From a virus (Duplodnaviria > Caudoviricetes): a stretch of 64,000 bases of DNA. Location of the stretch: positions 55,594 through 119,593 of the IMG/VR virus record IMGVR_UViG_3300028797_000121, one strand, 5' to 3'. A program made the position numbers and the translations under genes. Every line of letters starts with the position of its first letter. The stretch's first letter is position 1. The notes below the pieces were generated by a model. It saw nothing but the letters and a program-made list of their open reading frames with translations. It made no database searches and was not told the DNA's origin. Positions 9,464-21,319 of this stretch are shown piece by piece.

Positions 9464-11699
9464 GCCAGTTCTCCAATTTTTTACTATGTTTATATCTTTG
9501 TTCAGTTTCTTGTTGTTTACCTTTATTAAATGCTGTTTTATAATCTCCTGTTAAATATCCAGTAACACGTCTAAGTTGTTGAATATGCGTACTGCCGCAC
9601 ATTGGACATTTATCATTGAATTCATCAGTGTAACCACAATCTAAACATATATCATTTGGAACATTTATTGCGAAATATGGAATATCTTTATCCATAGCAT
9701 AATTAACTATTTCTTCAAGAGCCTCAAGATTATGTTTAACTCCGCCCTCTAATTCTACATAAGTAATACATCCTGCATTACTATATCCTGTTAATTGACT
9801 TTCAATATCAATTTTTTCAAATGGACTCATTTCTTTCCATACAGGAACATGAATACTATTTGTGAAATAATCTCTATCACTTACATTAGGAATAATTCCA
9901 TATTTTTTTCTAAATTTTTTCATAGATGTATAACACATATTTTCAGCAGGTGTATAATAAACACCAATATTTAAATGTAATTCTTTTTTAAATTCAGCAC
10001 ATCTATCTTTAAATAATTGTTCAATTCTCTTTGCTAACTCCATTCCTCTAGGTTCTGTATGGTCACAACCAATTAAAATTTGTAATGTTTCAGCCATACC
10101 AATTTGACCTATTACAAGAGTTCCATGTTTCATAGCACTTTCAACTGTCTTACCATCATAACCAAGCATTAATCCATTTTCATACATGAATTTTGCAGAT
10201 TCAGGATTTTGACTAATAATCCATTTATATCTTTCAACTAACATATCTCTAGCTTCATGAATCTTTTTATCTAATAGCGTCATAAATAATTCAATTTTAT
10301 CAAAATATACATCTGCTCCCTCTCTAAATCTTTCAGCTTCTTCTTTAGCTTCCATAGCTAATGTTGGCATTACAATAGTAACTGGACATATATTGCCGCG
10401 GCCGTCTTTAGTTTGAGGATTTGTACCAGGTTCAGCATTAATATCCGCACCATTATAAGTTCTGCAACCCATAGTTGAAACATATGTTTTAGGATCATTA
10501 ATATCATATCCTGCGTTAGTAGACCAATCTATATTAACATAATTAGGATATAATCTTTGAGCTGTTGATTTTAATGCTAATTTAAATAAATCATAATTAG
10601 GGTCTCCAGGAGCACGATTAACACCTTTCATACATTGGAATATACCACAAGGGAATATAGGAGTTTTTCTTACTTTTCCTACACCCTCAATAGAACCCTC
10701 TAATAATGCTTTTGTAACCATTCTACCTTCAGGTAAAGTACAAGTACCATAGTTAATAGAAGTGAAAGGTAATTGATTTCCGCTTCTAGATTGTAATGTA
10801 TTTAAGTTATGATACATACCTTGAACAGCTTGCATAAGTTCCTTTGTTGTCATATCCATTGCATATTGATATACTTTTGGTTCATTTTGATATAGTACAT
10901 CTTCAATAGATAAATTTTCTGGATAGTAGGCATCTTCAACACCCATTAAATATTTCATACCATCTTTAAAATGTTTTTTAAAAGACATACGAACATATGG
11001 AACCATAGTCCAATCTAAATGACTTGCGCTAACTCCTCCAAATTGTTGAAGTGATTGTAATTGAAATAAAACTGCAACTAATTGAAATGCTGTGTTGATT
11101 GAACGAGCTGGTCTAACATCTGTTTGTCTTGTGTTAAATCCTTCTGCTAATAGTTTATCAAAAGGAATAGTTAAACAGTTATGCATACCAACAGCATAAG
11201 CATCTAAATCATGAATATAAATTTCATTATTTAAATGATTTTCTCTTGCCATATCAGATACTAAATAATTTAATGCATAATCTTTCATTAACTCACTGCG
11301 GGCTTCACCCATGCGGCCGCCAAAAGAATATTCATCAATATTAGCATTTTGATTTTGAACATCTGATGCTTCAATCTTTTCCTTAATAGCCTTCATTAAT
11401 TGACTATTAGAATTTCTAATTTTATTTCTTTCTTCCCTATATAAAATATAGGCTTTTGCAACATCTTTTCTTTTTGTTGCCATTAGACCTTTTTCTACTA
11501 GGTCTTGGATATCTTCAATATTAGGTGTTTCATCAACATCTAAATAATATCCTTCAATATAACTTGCTATATTTTCAGCTTTATCTTTAGCGTAGTCAGA
11601 TATTTCACCATCTACATCCTCGAATGCTGCGAGAATAGCTCTCTCGATTTTCTTTGGGTCGAATTCTACTAAACGACCATCACGTTTAATGACTTGCAT
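9456..11699 (-). CDS. nrdD: Class III ribonucleotide reductase with ATP-cone
   Basis: VIKRDG ATP-cone, MGCRT, TPAE, CxxC..CxxC, RRVTGYL. Confidence 0.97.
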   Translation of the reverse strand: MQVIKRDGRLVEFDPKKIERAILAAFEDVDGEISDYAKDKAENIASYIEGYYLDVDETPNIEDIQDLVEKGLMATKRKDVAKAYILYREERNKIRNSNSQLMKAIKEKIEASDVQNQNANIDEYSFGGRMGEARSELMKDYALNYLVSDMARENHLNNEIYIHDLDAYAVGMHNCLTIPFDKLLAEGFNTRQTDVRPARSINTAFQLVAVLFQLQSLQQFGGVSASHLDWTMVPYVRMSFKKHFKDGMKYLMGVEDAYYPENLSIEDVLYQNEPKVYQYAMDMTTKELMQAVQGMYHNLNTLQSRSGNQLPFTSINYGTCTLPEGRMVTKALLEGSIEGVGKVRKTPIFPCGIFQCMKGVNRAPGDPNYDLFKLALKSTAQRLYPNYVNIDWSTNAGYDINDPKTYVSTMGCRTYNGADINAEPGTNPQTKDGRGNICPVTIVMPTLAMEAKEEAERFREGADVYFDKIELFMTLLDKKIHEARDMLVERYKWIISQNPESAKFMYENGLMLGYDGKTVESAMKHGTLVIGQIGMAETLQILIGCDHTEPRGMELAKRIEQLFKDRCAEFKKELHLNIGVYYTPAENMCYTSMKKFRKKYGIIPNVSDRDYFTNSIHVPVWKEMSPFEKIDIESQLTGYSNAGCITYVELEGGVKHNLEALEEIVNYAMDKDIPYFAINVPNDICLDCGYTDEFNDKCPMCGSTHIQQLRRVTGYLTGDYKTAFNKGKQQETEQRYKHSKKLENWHD

Positions 11700-11773
11700 A
11701 GTCTCCTCCTTAGTATATAAATCATTTCAAGGATTTTAACCTCTATCACAATATTATTTCTTGCTTAATATAA

Positions 11774-12127
11774 TTAATCATGTTTGTCTGAACATTTGTG
11801 GCAGGTACAATCTGAGGAATATTTTGTTACAGATGTATTTTTTAATTCTCCACTATATGTAAAAGGACAAGTATTTTTAGGATAGTTAAAAGTCCAATTT
11901 AAGATAGGAAATTTTCTTTTACACTCAGGACAGAAAATTTCATAACTTTGTGCGGTTCCAGTAGTAATACAACAACCACTAACTGTAATATTTGTATTAT
12001 CATATCTCCAAGTTGGACCTCAAGTTGGACTAATTACATCTTCCCATTCAAATGAAAACTTGCAGCCGCAGTATGGACAGGTAGTTTCCATATAATTCAT
12101 AAAACCATGTTCAATAATCTTTTTCAT
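11774..12127 (-). CDS. Cys-rich zinc-ribbon protein; code 4
   Basis: CPYC...CPEC; TGA 12020-12022; AGGAG RBS; absent from track. Confidence 0.7.
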
Positions 12128-12135
12128 ATATTCTC

Positions 12136-15100
12136 CTATTCTTCTGCGGCATTCTTTCTTTCATGTTCAAGTTTCATATTGCCGCCATCTATTTCTAATA
12201 TTTTATATAACTGATGAGTTTGTGTCTTTGTATAAGTTTTAGCTATAAACATATCATCTCTTCTAAAACCTGTTATCATTACTTTTGTTCCTCTTGTGAA
12301 CCAACCTTTTTCAGTTATTTTCTTTGTTCCATCTTCTTGTATCTCACTTAATTGACGATTATACATTGCATAATATTCTTTTGTGAACTTAACAACTACT
12401 ATACCATTTGTCGTTAAAATAGTTATTGAGTTTCTTGTATCATTTTTATTAATAACCGTTCCTATTATTTTAAATGTTTGAAAGATAGGAATCTCTTTAC
12501 CATTTCTCTTAAACATTGAATCAATAGGAGGGTTAGTTGGCAAATCAAAGAAGTTTACAATTCCATATTTATATGTATTAACATGTGCTAACTCATGTTC
12601 ATGATAATAGAAACATAATGATTCCATTTCCCATGCGGAGATATTTCCTTGTGCATATTTATCCCAACATTCTTTAAATAATAATGTGTTAAATCTTTTT
12701 AACATTTCTTCTTGATGTTCTTGTAACCATGTGCGGGCATCCGCCATAACATCTTGATAAATCTTGTCCCATCTTGTTTGAAGGATACAAGTTAAACCAT
12801 TTATTATTTCTAAATTATCTGCATCAAAGAATTTATTATAAAATTCTTCACAAGCACTATCAAATACATAATATTTTCCAACTTTTTTATTTGCTTTTAA
12901 ATATTTATTAAATACAAAAGTTCTTTTTTGCAAATCTAATTCTTGAGGAATAAGTTCATGTTGCAATAGACCATTAAAGTTTTGCAAAGTTAATCTTTTC
13001 TTTGCATCACATACTTTACTTAAATAATACACCATAGTCCAGATACGAGGCTCTACACCCGCGGCTGCCGCATTATCTTTATCTACTTTATCAAATGCCC
13101 CTGCTTTAATTAAACTAATCATTGCACTTTTATTTAATGGACATTTTGACATAAAATCTGCGATTCCCGCATATGGACGACCTGTTTTTATTTGTTCAAT
13201 AATCGGACCGCCAACATTATTTAATGCTTTCATACCAAATAATATTTCATTATTATCTACATCTGGTTGAAAACTATAATCTGACCTATTTATATCAACT
13301 AAACTAACTTTAATTCCTTTATTAATTATATCTCCTAACGCTTTTGCTATCTTACTATAATCTGTTGATTTTTCTTTCTTTTCAACAACATATCCATCTT
13401 CATCTTCTTCAAAATCACTATCTTCTTCAAGACTTCCGCTATTAACTATTAAACACGCTGTGTTCCAATATATCGGATTCCATCTTGTCGCTATATACAT
13501 TGTTTGAAAACCTATGAAACTATATGCTAATGCGTGAATGATACTAAATGAATAACCCATCTGAGGACCAACACCGCACTTCCATATATAATTACCCATA
13601 CATGGACTTGATGCTTGATCTAATACTTGTTGTCTTAATGCGGGGATCTTATTCATTTGTTTCTTACCAACTATCTTACGTGCGGCATTCGCTTCCGCGA
13701 GAGTGAAGTTACAAATCTTTTCATCCATTAACATTCTCATTAACTGCTCTTGACTTGGAGGAACACCATGTGAACTCTTAAAATATGGCTCTAATACTTT
13801 TTGTTCTTCTTTTGTTAGACCATATGAGTCCATTTCTCTATACCATAAATTTATATTATTCTTAAATCTTATATATTTTTCCATTGGAGTTTCTTGACCT
13901 TTTTCTGCGGTCATTAATCTCATCAAACCATTTGCATCCGCCATTTCCATTATATTTGTTGGCTTAATCTTTTTTGCAGCTTGACCTCCAACATCACTAT
14001 CAAACTGAAAGATATTTAATACACTATTGTCTTGCAATACTTTCCAATATTTATTATCTTCAATAGGAAGAACATTTGGATGAAAATATTTATCATATAC
14101 TTCTCTTAATGTAAAATCACTTTCAATTTCTCCATAATCTTGCAACATTTTAATTGCTTCCGCTAATTTATCTTGAACTTCTGTTACTAAGAAATCATAT
14201 TTTGTCATACCACATGCTTCACACATATGTAAATCATATGCTGTGATAACTTCACCTTTTGGAGTTCTCATAAATGAACCAAACTCATATGGATCTTCAT
14301 CAAACAAGATAACTCCTGAAGCATGACTACTTCTTTTATTTACTAAACCCTCAATACCAGACATAACATCTAATAATCCAGGGAACATATTTACTTCATT
14401 TATAAATGTTTTAATTGGCTTTCTACCTTTTTCTTCATCACCATTAATAACATCATTAAGCGGCCATAAGAACCCACGCTCACTTGGGATTAATGATGAT
14501 AAATACTGTGCTGTATCAACATCTATACCATCTGGATACTCTTCACTTCTATAACCACGACATGCAGTTAATATTGTTGACCTTGTACCCTCTGTACCAA
14601 ATGTTGCTATCAATGTACAACCAAGATTTTTTCTACTTAAATCATCTATTTCCGCCTTAAAATTTTGTCCTCTTTCTTTTTTAATTTCATTTAAAATCTT
14701 AGGACGCTTACTTGGACATAAATCTAAATCTATATCACCTAACTCAACACGTTCTTTATTTAAATATCTCCAGAACGGAAGATTCCATTGTATCGGATCA
14801 AGTTGAGTTATACCTAATAAATAATGATTTAAACCTGAACAACTTGAACCACGACCTGCACCAACTATACTTCCGCACTCCCAAAACAAATTAACATAAT
14901 GTTGCAATGTTACCGGATATGCGAACATATTTGTACCTAATTTTTCACTAATTGTTCTTTTTATGTCTGCTTCTTCATTTAATCTATTTATATATTCTTC
15001 ATTATATTTATCTAATTTTTTTAATCTATTTAAACATTGATTTACCCAATATCTTTCTATTTTATCATCTGATGATAACATACTAGATAAAATAGGATAA

Positions 15101-16074
15101 TCGGGCAAACCATTAACTTTTTCATAATCTTTAACTTCAACATGCGGGATGGTTTGCGCATGTGCCAAACTATAATTTTCTATTTTTTCATATATTTCAT
15201 AACTATTTCTAAACATTTCATCTATAAATACATCATAAAAATCAGATGCTTTTAAATGTTCATATATTTCTTCATCATTTTGAAGATACGCAAATTCATA
15301 GAACTCATCTACTTCACGCTCTCCAAACTTACTATTAAGATATGCTTTATGAACATATCTATCTTCCTTTTTAAGATAATGTGCATCTGTTCCAATAACC
15401 ATTTTTAATCCAAATGCTTTTGCAATAGTTGGAAATCTTTTATTTACTAAAATTTGTTCACGACTTGTTCCTGGAGCACACTCAATATAAAAATTATCTT
15501 CTCCAAAAACTTTTTTACACCACAATAAAAAATTAACTATATTATTATGTGCGGCTGCCGCTCCATTGGTGTCATTAGTTTTTTCACATTTTATTAATTC
15601 TAATGTGTTTACACTTAATTCCCCACCTAAACATGCTGTTGTTCCAATTAAACTATTTGGATATTTTGCTAATATTTCTTCTAAATCACTTTTTAATGTT
15701 GGAACTCTTTCTAATCCTCTGTCCCAATAACTATTCATCCATGCTCTTGATGATAATTCTCTCAATGCACGATGACCCATTTTATTTTTTGCTATTAAAA
15801 TGAAGTGATAATATCTTTGTCCGTTATCTCTTGTGTCAGTTAAATATATTTCATTTCCTAAAGCTATTTTAAAATCAGGATGTTCTTTTTGAACTTCTGC
15901 CTGATAAAAATTAATCTCAGGATGAGAACTAATACATTCATGATCTGTGATTGCTATACCTGATAATCCTAGTTCAATAGCTCTATTAATTAAATCTTTC
16001 GGTCTATTAATACTATCTAATAAACGAAGATTACTATAATGTGTATGTGAATGAACCTCAAACCTCTTAATCAT
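12136..16074 (-). CDS. dnaE: DNA polymerase III alpha subunit (C family)
   Basis: PHP domain HSHTHYS/TDH, GRGS, DIDLD, HASG, KYDFL. Confidence 0.97.
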   Translation of the reverse strand: MIKRFEVHSHTHYSNLRLLDSINRPKDLINRAIELGLSGIAITDHECISSHPEINFYQAEVQKEHPDFKIALGNEIYLTDTRDNGQRYYHFILIAKNKMGHRALRELSSRAWMNSYWDRGLERVPTLKSDLEEILAKYPNSLIGTTACLGGELSVNTLELIKCEKTNDTNGAAAAHNNIVNFLLWCKKVFGEDNFYIECAPGTSREQILVNKRFPTIAKAFGLKMVIGTDAHYLKKEDRYVHKAYLNSKFGEREVDEFYEFAYLQNDEEIYEHLKASDFYDVFIDEMFRNSYEIYEKIENYSLAHAQTIPHVEVKDYEKVNGLPDYPILSSMLSSDDKIERYWVNQCLNRLKKLDKYNEEYINRLNEEADIKRTISEKLGTNMFAYPVTLQHYVNLFWECGSIVGAGRGSSCSGLNHYLLGITQLDPIQWNLPFWRYLNKERVELGDIDLDLCPSKRPKILNEIKKERGQNFKAEIDDLSRKNLGCTLIATFGTEGTRSTILTACRGYRSEEYPDGIDVDTAQYLSSLIPSERGFLWPLNDVINGDEEKGRKPIKTFINEVNMFPGLLDVMSGIEGLVNKRSSHASGVILFDEDPYEFGSFMRTPKGEVITAYDLHMCEACGMTKYDFLVTEVQDKLAEAIKMLQDYGEIESDFTLREVYDKYFHPNVLPIEDNKYWKVLQDNSVLNIFQFDSDVGGQAAKKIKPTNIMEMADANGLMRLMTAEKGQETPMEKYIRFKNNINLWYREMDSYGLTKEEQKVLEPYFKSSHGVPPSQEQLMRMLMDEKICNFTLAEANAARKIVGKKQMNKIPALRQQVLDQASSPCMGNYIWKCGVGPQMGYSFSIIHALAYSFIGFQTMYIATRWNPIYWNTACLIVNSGSLEEDSDFEEDEDGYVVEKKEKSTDYSKIAKALGDIINKGIKVSLVDINRSDYSFQPDVDNNEILFGMKALNNVGGPIIEQIKTGRPYAGIADFMSKCPLNKSAMISLIKAGAFDKVDKDNAAAAGVEPRIWTMVYYLSKVCDAKKRLTLQNFNGLLQHELIPQELDLQKRTFVFNKYLKANKKVGKYYVFDSACEEFYNKFFDADNLEIINGLTCILQTRWDKIYQDVMADARTWLQEHQEEMLKRFNTLLFKECWDKYAQGNISAWEMESLCFYYHEHELAHVNTYKYGIVNFFDLPTNPPIDSMFKRNGKEIPIFQTFKIIGTVINKNDTRNSITILTTNGIVVVKFTKEYYAMYNRQLSEIQEDGTKKITEKGWFTRGTKVMITGFRRDDMFIAKTYTKTQTHQLYKILEIDGGNMKLEHERKNAAEE

Positions 16075-16140
16075 ACTTCTTCTCCCTTCATTTTCTATCT
16101 ATATATATTATAGCATAAAATTTAATAGAAATCAAATAGA

Positions 16141-16608
16141 CTACCTGATAGGGTAGTCTAGTTCCTTACATTCTATTCCATGCGAATTAAAATAATTAAT
16201 TAAACTATGTCGTTCACTACAAGGGTTATTAGGAGCTTCATATACTATTAAAACTGCAATAGGTTCTTCTTTAATATTATTTTGTTGACAGTAATTGTTA
16301 CAAAAATCTGTAATACCCTTCATCATTTTCGGAAGGTCTATTAATTCTAATTCATGCTCATAATTACTTACAAAAAGACATTTTGTTGGGTCTTTTTCTT
16401 CACAGGGACACCCACAAGAACCATTATTACCTTGAACTATTATAGGATGAAGACGAAGTCCATTTAATATTCCTCGTTTATCTGTAAAAATATAGTCTTT
16501 ATCTTTAAAATCATGATACCAGGCTGGATCAGACATTGCCGTCGACATAGGAATCATATTTGGTTTAAAATTTCTTATTTGATAAAAATATGATAATCTA
16601 AGTTTCAT
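16141..16608 (-). CDS. Hypothetical protein
   Basis: RBS; YE...PCSERH motif. Confidence 0.65.
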   Translation of the reverse strand: MKLRLSYFYQIRNFKPNMIPMSTAMSDPAWYHDFKDKDYIFTDKRGILNGLRLHPIIVQGNNGSCGCPCEEKDPTKCLFVSNYEHELELIDLPKMMKGITDFCNNYCQQNNIKEEPIAVLIVYEAPNNPCSERHSLINYFNSHGIECKELDYPIR

Positions 16609-16621
16609 GCGGCTGCCGCTC

Positions 16622-16915
16622 CTACATTTGAGGGAACGAGCTGCGTCTTCCGCCTTTGGCTCTAACTCTAGGATTTAAATATGGCGTTTTATTAAAATTG
16701 CCAATGCAGTTAGATACAATTAATGAATCTGATACTTCTTGAGATTGACCTTCTCTAGGTTTATATCTAAATGCAAATCTGCATTTCCTAGTTCCAGAGT
16801 GAAGGTCTACAATTTTATATACACCAATTCGATTACCTCTTTTCTTATCAAAATCTTTATACCAAACTGCTCATCTATCACTGATAACACCTTTTATTTC
16901 ATATTTGTTATTCAT
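16622..16915 (-). CDS. Hypothetical protein; code 4
   Basis: AGGAGG RBS, one TGA at 16871, fills the gap exactly. Confidence 0.6.
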
Positions 16916-16927
16916 TAATTATACCTC

Positions 16928-18130
16928 CTAATCCTTTCTTATAATAACTAATTTTTTTGCTGCACGTGTTGCCGCCGTATATAACCAGCGGATGTGTTCA
17001 TCTTTCTGGAACGGGAATCCTTCTTCAATAACTAAGACATTATCCCATTCACTACCTTGTGCTTTATGACAGGTTATTGCATAGCCATAAGTAAAATTTA
17101 ATGGTATGCTATTTATATATTTTTTATTTTTACTTAATTTAAAATTTTCTTTAGTTGTTAATGTTGGTTCACCATCTAAAATCATTTTTTTATCCATACT
17201 TAAATTATTAAATACAGTTATTCCATCATCAGATTCAAAAGTTCCGTTAATAGTCTTAATTTGTGATAGCCTGCCGCCAGTTATATATGCGGGAATGTGT
17301 AATGCACTTTCAAAACTATTATTTAATTTACCTATTGTTCCATTTACAAGAGGTGATTTATCTTCACTTAATACATCCCAATAATTGCGGAGACAAATTA
17401 CTTTATCGCCATCTTCGGGATTATCGCCGCGTCCTAATAAATCTCTCATTTGTTTATTTAATGCTATTCTAGTTGCATTGGTTGAACAAATGATTTGGTC
17501 TGCCCACATAAGCATACCTGTTGTTAATTCTTCTTTATCTAATATTTGAACTTCTTTACCGACAAAATGATTTAATGGTTTACCAGCTCTAACATCCATA
17601 GTTAATTTAATTATTTCACTTTGTTCCTCTTGACGCATAATTTCATCTAAGAATACATGCGGAATGTCAAGCAAGTGATTATCTTCATCTTTGTTAATTG
17701 GTGGTAATTGACCTGGGTCACCTAAACAAATTATATGCACAGGATATTTTGCAAGTTGCAATAATAATTCTTTAGGCACCATACTACACTCATCTACAAT
17801 AACTATTTTATATGGTACTATTGCTACAGGCTTACGATAAAATGTTCCATCTGCTCTAGGAAAGTATTCATATAATAACTTATGTAATGTGCTTACATTT
17901 TTATTACCTTTCTTTTGTAATACTTGAGTTGCTTTACCTGTGAATGAGGTATAAACAACATCTTTATCTGGGTCAATGCCATCATTTTGTAATGCGGCAA
18001 TGATAAATTTAACGAGAGTTGACTTTCCTGTACCGGCATATCCGCTGATAATAGTAGTCTTTTCTCCATCTCTATATCTGGCTACAGCTAGATTAAGACC
18101 TTCAAGCTGTTTCTTATTTAACTCAATCAT
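16928..18130 (-). CDS. SF1 helicase (RecD/Dda-like)
   Basis: GYAGTGKS, DECSM, GDPGQLPP, TCHKAQGSEW, YTAATRA. Confidence 0.92.
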   Translation of the reverse strand: MIELNKKQLEGLNLAVARYRDGEKTTIISGYAGTGKSTLVKFIIAALQNDGIDPDKDVVYTSFTGKATQVLQKKGNKNVSTLHKLLYEYFPRADGTFYRKPVAIVPYKIVIVDECSMVPKELLLQLAKYPVHIICLGDPGQLPPINKDEDNHLLDIPHVFLDEIMRQEEQSEIIKLTMDVRAGKPLNHFVGKEVQILDKEELTTGMLMWADQIICSTNATRIALNKQMRDLLGRGDNPEDGDKVICLRNYWDVLSEDKSPLVNGTIGKLNNSFESALHIPAYITGGRLSQIKTINGTFESDDGITVFNNLSMDKKMILDGEPTLTTKENFKLSKNKKYINSIPLNFTYGYAITCHKAQGSEWDNVLVIEEGFPFQKDEHIRWLYTAATRAAKKLVIIRKD

Positions 18131-18181
18131 TTGCCGCCTCACTTTCATTTATATTATATTATATTTTTACATTTCTATCAA

Positions 18182-19987
18182 TTAAAAGTTATATTTACTT
18201 TGTCCTATAATTTCATAATCTTCTACTAATATTTGTGGTGTTACATTTCCCATTCATTCATTTTGATTACATTTACCAATGACATTTATTTCTACATAGC
18301 CATCGCTTAATAAATTTTCATATTCTTCTTGTGAACTACCAAATTTGATAAAACTTAATTTATTTGGTAATGTAATCTTTAAAGTAGGCTTTTTATCTGG
18401 TGACATTAAAACTAAATTATCTTTTGTCACTTTTAAATTTTCAACACAGATTAAACTTTCATCCATGTCTTGACCCCATATATCATTTAGATTAGCTATA
18501 TCTAAAATAGTTTCGGCTTTAACATCAACACCCTTAAATATATAATCTATATAATATAATGGTTCACTTTGTAAATCTTTTAATGCTTCATCTGTTAATT
18601 CTATAAATTTATCAATATATGCTTTTTTAATACTAATACCAAAAGCATTTTGATGTCCTTCAGCATATTCCACTAAGCCAGTTTCTTGACATATATCTTT
18701 AAAATTTTCAATTCCAGATTTAGAATATCCGCGGGCACTTCCGCGATAATATATATCATAAGCTGGTTTAGGTGGCATTGTTAATAATTGCATATTAGGA
18801 TTTAATACTTCACATTTAGTTAGCATAAGTACTGGTCTTTGATATTTAGCCATTATCTTATTTGCAATTAAACCCGCAATATTAGGATCTATTTGACCTG
18901 GCTCAAGTAAGAATATTAATACTTTATGTTGCATCATATTATTTGTTTCAATTTGAGATTCAACAAGAGCCATACCTTTATCTTGTTCTCTTGTTTGTCT
19001 ACTTTTTACATTAGTTGCAGTTCTTAGTGCTTGGTCAACTAATTTTTCTTCTTCACCTAATTTATGTCCACGCTTATTAGATAATATCATTTTAAATGCT
19101 TCATTTTTAAGCATTGATTTAAATAATATTTCTTTTTCTTCAAGAGTTCCACTTCTAACCATTGAGTTAACAAAAGGAACTATATAAAATGCTGCACCTA
19201 TTGGTGTTATTTTATTTCCTAATGAGTATGCGTTCTTTTCAGCCATACCATATATAAATGGGTTCTTTATATTTTCGTTGCGGAAACCCTTGGTTATAAT
19301 ATGTTTGGTCTCGATTGAGCGTAAACTCATCATGTCGCCGCAATTTCCTAGTGCGGCTAAATCTATATATTCATCTGCTGTATGTCCACCACGTATCTTA
19401 TCTAAATAACGACAAAACTGCCATACGACACCAGCTCCTGATAATTGTTTATTTGGATAATTTGATAATTGATTATTAAGCACAATAGCATCTTTAGATA
19501 CCATTGGTGCTTCATGGTGGTCTAGAATAATAATTGTACGACCCTCTTCTTTTAGTTTGTGATGATACTCATAATCATTACTTGCGGCATCAGGAATAAT
19601 AATTAATTTAAAATCATTTTTTTCTATGTAATCCATACAATCTGATAAACCATGCGTTTTATCTTCGTGCAAATAATATTTTAAATTATTTGTTACAAAA
19701 GTAGGGAATAAATCATATAAGTAGTTTATAAGTATTGCGGCAGATGTATAACCATCGCAATCGCAATCTACCAATACTAATGTTTTTGAATTATTATTTA
19801 TCGCTAAAATTAATGCGGCAGCGGCCGCTTTGATGCTCTCAGAACCGAGCATCTCCGCGTCCAAAATATCTGCGTCTGTTGTATTTAAGTAATGATGCAT
19901 ATCACTTAACTTAATACCTCTATTCAACAATATTTGCTGAATAGGACTTAGGGCTGGATCGACTTCATTGATTAACTTATATTTCAT
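18182..19987 (-). CDS. recJ: RecJ-like ssDNA exonuclease (DHH); code 4
   Basis: DCDCDG, DHH, RGSAR, GH..AFG. TGA 18254 restores the OB-fold NE*MG..PQ segment. Confidence 0.88.
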
Positions 19988-20197
19988 TTATCTCACCTTG
20001 CCTTTGTTTTCATAGTCTCGATAATTAACCATACGTATCTGGTCATTGGCTCCACGAGTTATAATAATAGCTTCTTTAACTTGATTTTCATCAAGTTGAC
20101 TTAAAGCGGCATATTGCCCCGCTTCGGTTACTCAACCAAAGAACGTGAACGTAGGATTGTCTCAAGTTTTTATTCATAACTCGAGTTTATCGTTCAT
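19988..20197 (-). CDS. Hypothetical protein (69 aa, 3 TGA); code 4
   Basis: GGAGGAGG RBS; fills the primase-recJ gap; TGA at 20174, 20162, 20132. Confidence 0.6.
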
Positions 20198-20201
20198 ATT
20201 T

Positions 20202-21302
20202 TTATTCCTCCTCCAAACTAAATCTTTTATTAAATAATTCTAAGAATACTTCCTTACCTCTGTCGATAGGAGAATCCTTATAACCTAAAAGATTTTCTTT
20301 GTCAAAAATATAACTAATTTTTATATATTTACTATATTTTTTATTAATATCTTTTAATTTTTTAACCCAACCTTGATGTTCTTTATCACCAAGTTGTTGA
20401 AACTGTTTATCAAAAGCAATAACCATTTCTTCAATTCCTAAATCTAATAATAGTTGAACTTGATAGCTAGATAACGAGCTGCCGCATACAGCCACAGATA
20501 TATCATTCTCTTGTCCAAAATAACTAGGAAATAATAAACAACTTTTTTCACCTTCAAATATAATTGCTTTTTTAGTTTGCTTTATATTTTCTTTGCTATA
20601 ATTAAGATTATATAGATTAAATCCTAGCGGGTGATTATACATTTGTTTATTCAAATACATAGGTCTATATTTACCATAGATTTCATTCTCTTTTATAAGA
20701 GTTCTTTCTCTGATTCCTACTAATCTACCTTCAACATCATAATGAGGAATTACTATTGCTTGAGACGAAGGGTTATAACATATATTATGATAATTCATAA
20801 CTTCCTTACTAATTCCTTCAGCCTCCCATGGTAAAATGCGGGGACGCGGTAAGAATGATAAAATCTTATCATCATAAAACTTTATCTCAATTTTTCTTTC
20901 GCTATCCTCTTCTTTTAAATTTTTGCCATACCTGTTTAAAATTTGCCAATCAGATAGTTTATCTTTATCGTCAGGAAAATTTTTAGTTTCTACGCTTAAA
21001 TTAAAATAATTAATTATATAGTTGACAGCTTTCGGTAATGAGAATGTGCGGCCGCCGGTCGATTGTACTTTAACCACGAGTTGAAATACATCGAAGGTAT
21101 CACTACATTCTGTATAACAGCGGAATAGTTTTGTGTTATCATAATAGTATAATTTATGACTATCACCGCCATGACAGATTGTACGGCACATGATTATATC
21201 ATCCTTAAGCACGGGATCCGCACCTAAAGATATAAGCAAATCAAATATCTGGTCAATAGATAAATTATTTTTTATTTGCTCTAATTGTTCTTTATCATCC
21301 AT
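20202..21302 (-). CDS. DNA primase (Zn finger plus TOPRIM)
   Basis: CH..CYTEC, FEGEKS, AFD; next to the helicase. Confidence 0.85.
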   Translation of the reverse strand: MDDKEQLEQIKNNLSIDQIFDLLISLGADPVLKDDIIMCRTICHGGDSHKLYYYDNTKLFRCYTECSDTFDVFQLVVKVQSTGGRTFSLPKAVNYIINYFNLSVETKNFPDDKDKLSDWQILNRYGKNLKEEDSERKIEIKFYDDKILSFLPRPRILPWEAEGISKEVMNYHNICYNPSSQAIVIPHYDVEGRLVGIRERTLIKENEIYGKYRPMYLNKQMYNHPLGFNLYNLNYSKENIKQTKKAIIFEGEKSCLLFPSYFGQENDISVAVCGSSLSSYQVQLLLDLGIEEMVIAFDKQFQQLGDKEHQGWVKKLKDINKKYSKYIKISYIFDKENLLGYKDSPIDRGKEVFLELFNKRFSLEEE

Positions 21303-21319
21303 TGCCGCACTCTCCTTTC

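Noticed and set aside
9456-16074. Introns or inteins in nrdD and dnaE
   Set aside because: Both are continuous ORFs of normal length with no intein motifs seen.
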